DNA of 64,000 nucleotides, from positions 7,068,001 to 7,132,000 of the forward strand of contig NC_081331.1 in NCBI RefSeq assembly GCF_022539665.2, in the 5' to 3' direction. Below are positions 55,301 to 64,000 of the stretch, piece by piece. How positions within the stretch are numbered: position 1 is the stretch's first letter; every line of letters starts with the position of its first letter. This DNA comes from Daphnia carinata. Taxonomy: Eukaryota. Made by a program: the position numbers and the translations under genes. The notes under the pieces are model-generated. The model searched no databases. It was not told the origin of the DNA and was given only the letters and a program-made list of their open reading frames with translations.

Positions 55301-58300
55301 TTAATAGAATGGAAAGAGCCCTGCTCGGCATTTGGAAGTCCAGTAGCGGGGAGACGGGCCAGGCCATTTGATTGCCGTCGTCGCACTCGATGCAACAAAA
55401 GCTAGATCTATGGGGTACTTGGCCTCTGTCCTACCAGCAGAACCCTGTAACCCTAATGGAGGGTAGGGGGAAAGCTCGCCATCCCTTCCCCCTCTTTATT
55501 TTCAGCGTTCACGGCCGTTTCAAATTCAATTTCCATCAAGAAGCTAATTCGATGACAGCAACTGGACCTTTCTCCGACACTCTGGTTTTCATTTTATTGC
55601 TTACCAGTTATTTCTAGTTTCTACTTTCGTTTCCTTTTCACCGTCATTGTATTTCTTAGTTCTTGTACAGGCCCAACGTGGGTTCACATTGCATTGCTTG
55701 TATAGTTGCGCATCAACTGCATTTAATTTTTCATTTATGTAAAAAAAATTAAAATAGGCGTATCAGAAGATTCTGCTCAACCGATTCTCCCACTATACCA
55801 TAAGTTTTCACCGGAATTTAAAAAAATTCTAAAAAAAAAAAAAAATCAAAATTATACGCATTTTTGTAATATTTTTCGCACTACCTTATCCATCTTCCAT
55901 CCCATCGGAGAAGAAGGCCCTTACTAACTTTTAAACTTTGAAAGGTGAATGGAAAAAAATTACATTTAAAATTTTGTAAAACAGTGTATAACTAGGAAGT
56001 TTGGGTACGCATCCCGTATAGAGAGGTGGACAACAGAACTGAAACAACTGGCAATGTGTCAAAAATGCCCTTGACTGTCGACGAAATTGCATAGTCAAAA
56101 CAAACGATGGCGTCTAACCAACTAGGCCAGCCCAAAACAAAAATATTAGTACGGCACTAGGCGGTTTTTGTTGGATGGAAGTAAATCTAGCTTAATACCG
56201 CAAACTCAAAATCACCCTTTAGCGTATGTCTTATGGCCGGAGCGGCCCAGCATCCCAACTGTTTCATTCTGCGCGCAAAGCCATGTGAATGGGTAACAGG
56301 GGGATTAGGATTGGCGGATGGTTTCGGCCACCTGAACCCACTGATTGCTAGATTATAAGGCATCCGTCTTACTGGCTCTCTCTTTGATTTCGCTGAGCTA
56401 ACTAGGCTTATGGAATTAGAAACCACATGCGCCAGCCTACACTCTGTGCTCTTTTAAAATGCATTTTTTTTTTGTCTTTGACTCACGGCCCACTGTTACA
56501 CCATCACACCAATTCTAACTCAACTGCGCATTAGGATATTTAATACTTGAAATCAACGACTTACCCTTCTTGTTTCTATCCATCGTAAGATGCTGTCCTT
56601 AGGTGTATGGGTGAACCGAGAAGAACTTGAAAAGTAGTCGTTGGCAAATGAATTGATTGCAATGCCAACACGGTGAGGTGCTGCTCGTTGTGTGCGCTGA
56701 TGGAGAATCGGCGGTTGCGATGAGACTGTCAAGTGCCAGAGCAAAGTCTGACTATCTAGGTCCCCGACCTTACCACCGCCACATCCTTTGCCAGTCTCAA
56801 AAATTGGATATGGTTTTCTCTCTCACCCAGTCACCGTGTATGAAATCTCATGGTCTCATCACCCAGACTGTATTCTAGTGGGTGGGCTACATACATACCA
56901 AACCCCTCCCACATCAGGTCTCAAAAAGCTGCCGTGACTCAAGTCGCCACGGCAGCTACAAACTTCGCCACTTGTTCGACGCTGATCGACCTGATTTGAT
57001 CTAGATACGAAGCGAACAAGCACAGCTTTCGTATGTTCTATGTTTTGCATTAGCCAACATTTCAAAAATAATATTTTATGATTGGGAAGACAAACAAGAT
57101 GAGCAATTTTGGCAAGCGTGATTTCTCCCTTCCAACCACAAACTCCGCCCCTCGTGAGCTCCCGCCGTCAAGAGCTGGACGTCAGACCGCAGCGCACGGG
57201 CCACAGGATTGGGTCTCTCCACTTGACGCAAGTTTCCGGCGGCCATCCGCGGAAACCAGCCCGCCCATTGGCTGCCCCCCTTTTCCTTTGATCTTGAGCG
57301 GCTCGACCTCCTATTGGCTAGGGCCCTTCTCTCTTTCAACTTTTCGTCGTAACATCAATTCACTCGCTTTTTTGTGGTCGTTTTGCTTTATTGAAAACTG
57401 AACGCAAACCAAACAGCTAGTTGTTCTTGTTTGAGTTTTTCCTTCTGGCCGTATATTCCTTTTTGAATTGCGTTTTGTTGCAAGGGCTCCCAACCGGCAG
57501 ACACATGTGTAAAGATCTCCCACATTTTTTGGGAGGGGTTGTGTAACGATGAAAGTTCCCAGTTATGCCGACGTCGTTTGTCCTGTTAGTGTCTGTTCCT
57601 TGACGGTTTTATGAGTCACGCTCATCCAAATAGAGAGTCTATCGTCGAACACTTGTGCACTGTACGAGTGTGGCAGTCTGTTGAAACAGAACCTTTAACT
57701 CGGGACGAGTTGCAGTCAACAGTCGAATGAATGGGCTAGTATATTATCTCGAATCACATCTCTGAGCCAAACGAAAGTGCGTGTGATGCGATGCCACTCT
57801 GTCTCTTGTTACATAAATACCTTTTTACCTTTCTAAACGTAATTCGGGCGTTACAGTGTTTTGCTTGTTTACTGTGTCTCTCGGAAATATTTAAGAAATC
57901 TGACGCTTTTAACGTAAACATGCTGCATTTTGAAACAATGTAAAAAATTATCACTTTAGTTTCAAGGAATTGATCAATGTTTTCTTTTGAGCCTTTAATG
58001 CTGTAAAGAGCAAATTTAACATTCGCCAAATTTATTATTCAGAATGTTTTATTTACTTTTGAAGTAGTAATAATAATACAAAAAGAATAATTGCTCGGAT
58101 TGTTACGGATAAATTGTTTATTATGATACTATTATATCAGCTCGTTTGGCTTGAGGAACAATTTCCGTGATTGGAAATTAATCTGGTCGGACCTAGACCA
58201 GTAGGCCACGGTCTAAGCTTACGCACGTTAGTGTCAATCTAACATGATAGAACTAGGAAAATGTAGGAATAAGTGAGGGAGAGCGTCATAGATGCGGCTA

Positions 58301-60091
58301 GACGGACATTGTGGAGTGACTAAGGATAAAGAGGTGGAGGGGGGGGGGAGACGTGAAGGACGATGACAGTCTATTATGTAGGTTACAAGGCAACCGGCGA
58401 TCCGATTAGTCCCATCAGTGAACACATTGATAACATGTGATGACCGGTTTTACGAGTCATCTTACCATCACCAACTAACGGGGTTGCGGCTGCCGGAATC
58501 TCGCCGGATCAATGGTTTCAATGGCTAGGCCCTTCTTTTCATTGACGCTGCTGGGCACTAGCAAGTATGTATGACGGCCGTGGTCAATCAACTTGGGATT
58601 TGATCCCATTTATTTCCAACTGAGCCGCTGTAAATACGTAGGCCATGGCAGAAAAGAATCAGCCAGTTGGAATTAATGACATCCATGTTCCTGTGTTAGT
58701 TCACAGAGATCTAACGCAGTCAATAAGCTCATGCTGTGTAGATACCATTTGCTACGTCTGAGCGTTTACTTGCTTCAGTTTTCAATCATTATTGAAAAAT
58801 TGTTTTTCAAACGACTTATAATAGACGTAGTCCACACAAGCAATTCGAATACAAGCCCAGTGGAGATAGTTGGGAACAATTCCATCCAATCTTTGGGTGT
58901 TGACTGAGTGTCAGTAGTACACACTATAAAAGAACGCCCTTTCTAACCGGAATAAGAAGCCCAAAGCCATTTCCCAACGTTTCGTTCTCGATTGTGGTAT
59001 ACGCAGTTGCGTTGGGCGGAATGATGATGGCATCCTCAGTATTCGGAAGACATGGTTCCAGCATTAGACGAGATTGGATTGTTTGGGGGAAATGGGAGCC
59101 ACGACTATATCTGCAATAAAAGCGCGGAGAGCGGCACTTGAATGATCATTTGTCATATCGATAAAGATTGGAAGGAACTGGAAAGTTGTAAAAGTAATCG
59201 GCGAAATAAATCAAAATAACACTGCAAATAAATGTAACATCCACAATGTGAGTAGTCTGTTTTTCGCTTCAGTTCGCCGCGGTTGATTTATACCGTTCAG
59301 GAACCACTAACTTCCGCGCGTAGCACGTAGATGCATCGCACACTTCATATAGTCGGCAACACAAATGGAACGGTTTTCCAAACTCCGCTCGCAGTCGGTA
59401 CAATCGATAATCCAATAAGGAGGGATGCGCTGCTCTCATAGCCAGCTCTGCACTGTGATTTGGACGGTGCCTTTCTGGCAGTTCCAGGCACTTCACACAA
59501 AAGCCTCTGCAGCAGGGGGTCAGCGGACAACAAATAGGGATGCAAGAAAGCAGGTATAACGCTTTTTATGAAGAAAAAAAGACTATAGGGGTGGAAACAC
59601 AAGCGATTGTCAACATTTATTTTTTTGTCGCCTCCCTGGTGATTCCGGTCCTATTTACGAACTGTCAACTGCAACACACAGTTCGCTGTTTGGTTTGGGC
59701 TTTGTTCTTGGCAGCTCTTTTTTCCCCTGCCACTTCTTCACGTCGATTTGATGTCGACTTCGGAAATCCATTAACAGTTGTCTGAACCTTTATTTGATTT
59801 CATGCTATCTCAAAATACTTCATAAGAAATAGTAGCTTTACATTTTTCGGAATTGTTATTCTAGATTTCCTTTTTCTTTTCACAGATAAATTCAGAAAAA
59901 AAATAGAAGAAACAAAATGGGAAAAAGCATAACATGGAAAACTCTTTATAACCTAAGACTTAATAGCTATATGAAGGTTCTAGAGTTAGCTGGGCAAACT
60001 CAATGACAACTTTAAAAATTTTAATCAAACTTAATACCGCAACGAATGGAAAATACAGGACTTAACTTTGGAAAAATCTTAATGGAATATC

Positions 60092-63000
60092 TCAGTCTTG
60101 ATTGGCCTTTTTTCCCCACGCCGTGTCTCTTAGATATGGGAGTGCGGACGAAGACAGTAATTCGCTAACGAGATGTCTAAGACCTAAACGCGAAGCAAGT
60201 CGATATTTCACTTCGGCATCCGTCAACATGGAGACCAGCCGTGCTAAACGGTCCAATGTTTCCGATTTTTTGCTGAACCCCGATTCCAGCTCAAACGCAG
60301 CGACTACCTCTTCAACGATAGTCGGTGTGATTGTGTGGCGACGGATAAATCGCTCAAGATAATCCTCTCCGTCATTGAGGACATAATGTCGCATTAAGGC
60401 TTTACCCCAAGTAATACTGAAACCGTAACCGCGTGAAACGATTTCCGCTTCTGGATACCTGTCGAAACAAAAGCGATGCAAAGTAAGTAGTAGAAAATGC
60501 CCTGACAAAGAAACTCACGTGAGCGTCTCGCAAATGAGGATGTCTACTTGCGATGCATTCAACCCTAGGATACAATAGATCTGTTGGCTGTCTACGGCAC
60601 GGCTGACTAGATGAATTTGCAAAGCAACCAACTCCGCTTGAAGTGCGCACCGATTAGCGTGATTCAATTTACCAGCCTGTGCCAAAACAACACCTCTAGT
60701 TAACAAGCTTCAATAAATAATGTCGTCGTTAAACTAACCTGTAGAAAGTATTCAGTGGCATGAGCTAAATTATGCATGGCGGCCGTTAGGACCTTTTTCA
60801 TTTCAGCACCAGCTTTAAGCATCGGTAAATTGGTGGAGGTGGGTACGTTTGTTGCCTCAAGTGACCAACTGGTTGATGATCTTTTAACTGGAGACGACTC
60901 CAAGGTTTTAGGTAAAGGTGATCCCGTTGGTTTCTTTGATGTCTTTACAATTGATTTGAACGCTTGACTAATGACTGGCTGGAGCATACCATTGGCCTCC
61001 TCCTGCCACATTAAAGCCACTTCCGCATGCATATGAAAATGAAGTGCTACTAGTCGAAAGAGCTCCCGATTCTCTACACAGTTGGGTCTCAAGAAATCGA
61101 GTAGGGCTTGTCGCAAAAGCGGAAGGCGATCCATCCCTTTGCGCAAAAGGTACTCGAACTGGTCGTGTTCTTTCAGAAGTGCAAAGACGTAGCTCATCTC
61201 GGTATAGCGCTGGATACCGGTAGTGAGTCGAGTGATGAGGATCCATTGTTGGTCAAGAAGAAGTTTGTCGATGAAACTGCGGGCGTGGTTCAGAATTTGG
61301 CCGATGTTTTCCACGTCACAGGCGAGTGTGAAGCTAGAATGGGAAAATATGAGCAATTCCACAGCGACTGGCCACTCATTATTTTCCTCAAGATTTAGCG
61401 CCGCTTCCAAAAGAGCTCGTCCTAATTGAGTGGGATCGGCACAGAGCGTTACCCTAAAATTGTATTTCATTAATTTGAAGCTAATGATTTATGATTCTAT
61501 AGGAATTTTTTATTTTACCAACGATTGAACGTGCCGCGGAGTAGTGACACCACCATGTTGGTTTCGGTGCTCACTTGCCCATAAGCTGAACCTGCAGCTT
61601 CAATGAGCTCGTCTTTAACCAAGTCTACCACTTGCGCCACAGCAATGCGAGATGCGGTGATCCAACTACGAGCCAAGTTGAGGTGTCCGCCGATAGCCAA
61701 TTGGAGACCAGAAGGTTGAGTCGGTGTTTCCAGCAACATCTTCAAGATTGATATGGGCCTTGAATGTTCCACAACATATTCATAATTCAGATCTAAGATC
61801 ACTGCAACTTGGTGGAAAACCAAGAGACGATGACAGAGTACATGTCCGTGCTTCAGCAGTTCATTGTCGATGTATTCAATGACCGATTGTCGATCCTTCC
61901 ATTCGACCTCTTTATCTTTCAGTGCAGTGATCTGCAGTAGTCTACTTTTGACCCTGGACATGTCGGCGTTGTTCTCCACTAGATCAATCATGAAGAGGAT
62001 CAAGAGAAGATCTGGACTTTGTCGGCGAAACATGTAAGAAAGTTTGAGGGCTCCAACCAATTCTTCAGCATCGAGATTTCGACCAATCCATTCAGAGACT
62101 TTCTCCAAAAAGGAGTCGCTGTAATTTGATTGCAGTTGAGCATAGGGTAACGCATCTGCCATTTCGTTTATTTTTTCCATCAGCAGAGGACACATCGGCG
62201 AGTCTGGTTGAAGATCGAGTAGCGAAGAGGGAGTCGAACTATCGAGATCGGCTTCTATTCGCGTCTGCCACCACAACACCTCCAGCTCGACTAGGGCCTC
62301 TTTCCGTATTGGTTTCACAAGTCGCATCCACTTCAGTGCGTGATCTATCATCAGATGAGATTCCCAAGAGGTTTGCGCTTTCGGCAAGACGTCCCGGAAG
62401 AAGGTGGAAGCTAAATCAGGTCGTACATGGTGAACAGTTAAGAGTTGATGACAGCGGTTCCAAAATGCTGTCCTGAAGCGGAGCGAAGACGTTTGTGCCT
62501 CATTTTGATTAGTTTGACTTTCGAACATTGTATGCAGCTGGGTAACAAAGATAGAATCCGCCGGTACATCAGAAATTTTGGCCAACTTTAAAGCTACGTC
62601 AAAGTTACGTTGATCGAGAAGGATTTCAACAACTTTTAAACATTCCTGTTGGAACTGCAAACTGTTACTTCCTTGCATCAAATTGGCAATGTTCACATCG
62701 ATTCCGGAATGGACACACAGCGTCACTATTTCTGCCAATAATCCGAAATCAGGAACTGAAACATCCATGGCCAAACAGTCAAACGGTTGAACATCCGCCC
62801 ACATGGTCAACAGATCCTGCTGCTGATCGGCGTCCTCGATAAGGTAACACAGAGCCCATGACAAGATATGCAAAGCGAAGCGAAAGAGATTCATGGGTTG
62901 GCGGAATAAAATCATATCGTCACCTTCTTCGTACAAGCCAATGGCATCACGGACTAGTTCTAGTTTATCACGTTCGCTTTCACCTTTCATAAAGGAGTCA

Positions 63001-64000
63001 AGCCAGTTGAGCATTCGGCTTAGCCAATGGTGAGGGACGAAGATATTAAAAGCTTCCAAAACAATGTGGAATCGATGTGAGCTCATAGCTTCCAGTACCA
63101 AGTTGCTTAACGTTTCTATATCAGGAATCGCCATCGTTGAGTTGTTCCCCAACATTGGTGAAATTTCGTGTAAATTTAATGAAAGATACACGCAGAGGCA
63201 AGGGTAAATCAGACGAGGTTCCAAAACAGCAGTAACAACTGCAAGTTCGACACTGCGATTGACCAATGAGGAGGTGAGAAGATTAGATGCATTCTCGGTG
63301 GAGCCTTGCAACAGTAATTGGTAGAAGGTTTCGTGTGGAGTAGTCGCATTGATTGCGGAAACGCTACTAGACGTTTGGCTGGTTTCTGCGGAGGATGACG
63401 GTTTCACGGACAATTGCAGATGAAGCTTGATCGGAGATGAAAACTCTCGAATTATTTCTATATATCTTTCAAATGGATAGTTGTAAGTCTGGATGAAAAG
63501 GAGGAAAATCAGCCATTGATTCCGGCTAGCGCACTGACTTAAAAATTTAGTCGGCAGTCCGAGGCTGTAGACGGTGCAGAACTCGATCGCTAGATGCCAG
63601 CTCGCGACGAGCTTAACCGCATCAGAATCATTGGAAGCATTCTTCAACAAGCTATCTTCAAGTAGCTCAATCAGACTACGCGCTGCAAGAGAGTCGATTA
63701 ACAGATCACGGGTGAGCTCCGCAAGATTTTTCCGATCTAACGCCGGATCTTGTGTGAGGCGTTGCAAAACGGCCAGAGTAGTTCTGACGGGATGTGCGTT
63801 GAAACCCAACATTTCAATCAACAAAATGCACGATCGCGAAATGGCATCACTCCACGGATCTTCTAGGCCTATGGCCTGGATTACAAACGGGTAGGTTGCG
63901 ATTTCTTCTTTGGTTTTGACGGTTTGTTGTAGGTGGAAGAACGCTCGGAACGGCCGACTCTGTTTCAAGTAAAACGTCCAATCGAGACACGTCGTTAAGC
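60092..64000 (-). CDS. SPG11: Spatacsin (SPG11), C-terminal part; 5' truncated by window
   Basis: 817-aa exon followed by LGRALLE...VELLIFSHSSFTLACDVENIGQIL...LITRLTTGIQRYTEMSYVFALLKEHDQFEYLLRK...VALHFHMHAEVA...CALQAELVALQI...AEIVSRGY, resembling the spatacsin C-terminal domain. Confidence 0.88.

Noticed and set aside
53274..59785. Short ORFs between Hr51 and SPG11
   Set aside because: No homology or coding-like composition, and no known miRNA sequence recognised.

Overview
Compact, AT-rich eukaryotic (arthropod) DNA with many ~55-80 bp introns. Gene content and intron style suggest a branchiopod crustacean such as Daphnia (inference). Genes in order: 3' end of Sara/ZFYVE9 (+); a three-repeat B-Myb-like Myb (+); an interrupted ~270-300 bp repeat array; three innexins on the - strand (ogre/Inx1, Inx7-like, Inx2); Cbp80/NCBP1 (-) head-to-head with MCM9 (+); BuGZ/ZNF207 (+); a ~2 kb spacer with a degenerate tRNA-like element, a G4 motif and hairpins; TSR3 (+); an unassigned LRR gene (+); mitochondrial aconitase (-); nuclear receptor Hr51/NR2E3 (-) with a ~7.5 kb upstream non-coding region; and the 3' part of spatacsin/SPG11 (-). 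The most notable signal is a candidate programmed stop-codon readthrough cassette on ogre/Inx1. Its UGA lies in the UGA-CUAG leaky context and is followed by a ~13-bp long-loop stem. The frame then stays open for a 32-residue extension ending in a class I PDZ-binding motif (-DTLV). Gene identities come from recalled motifs and hand translation, not database searches.
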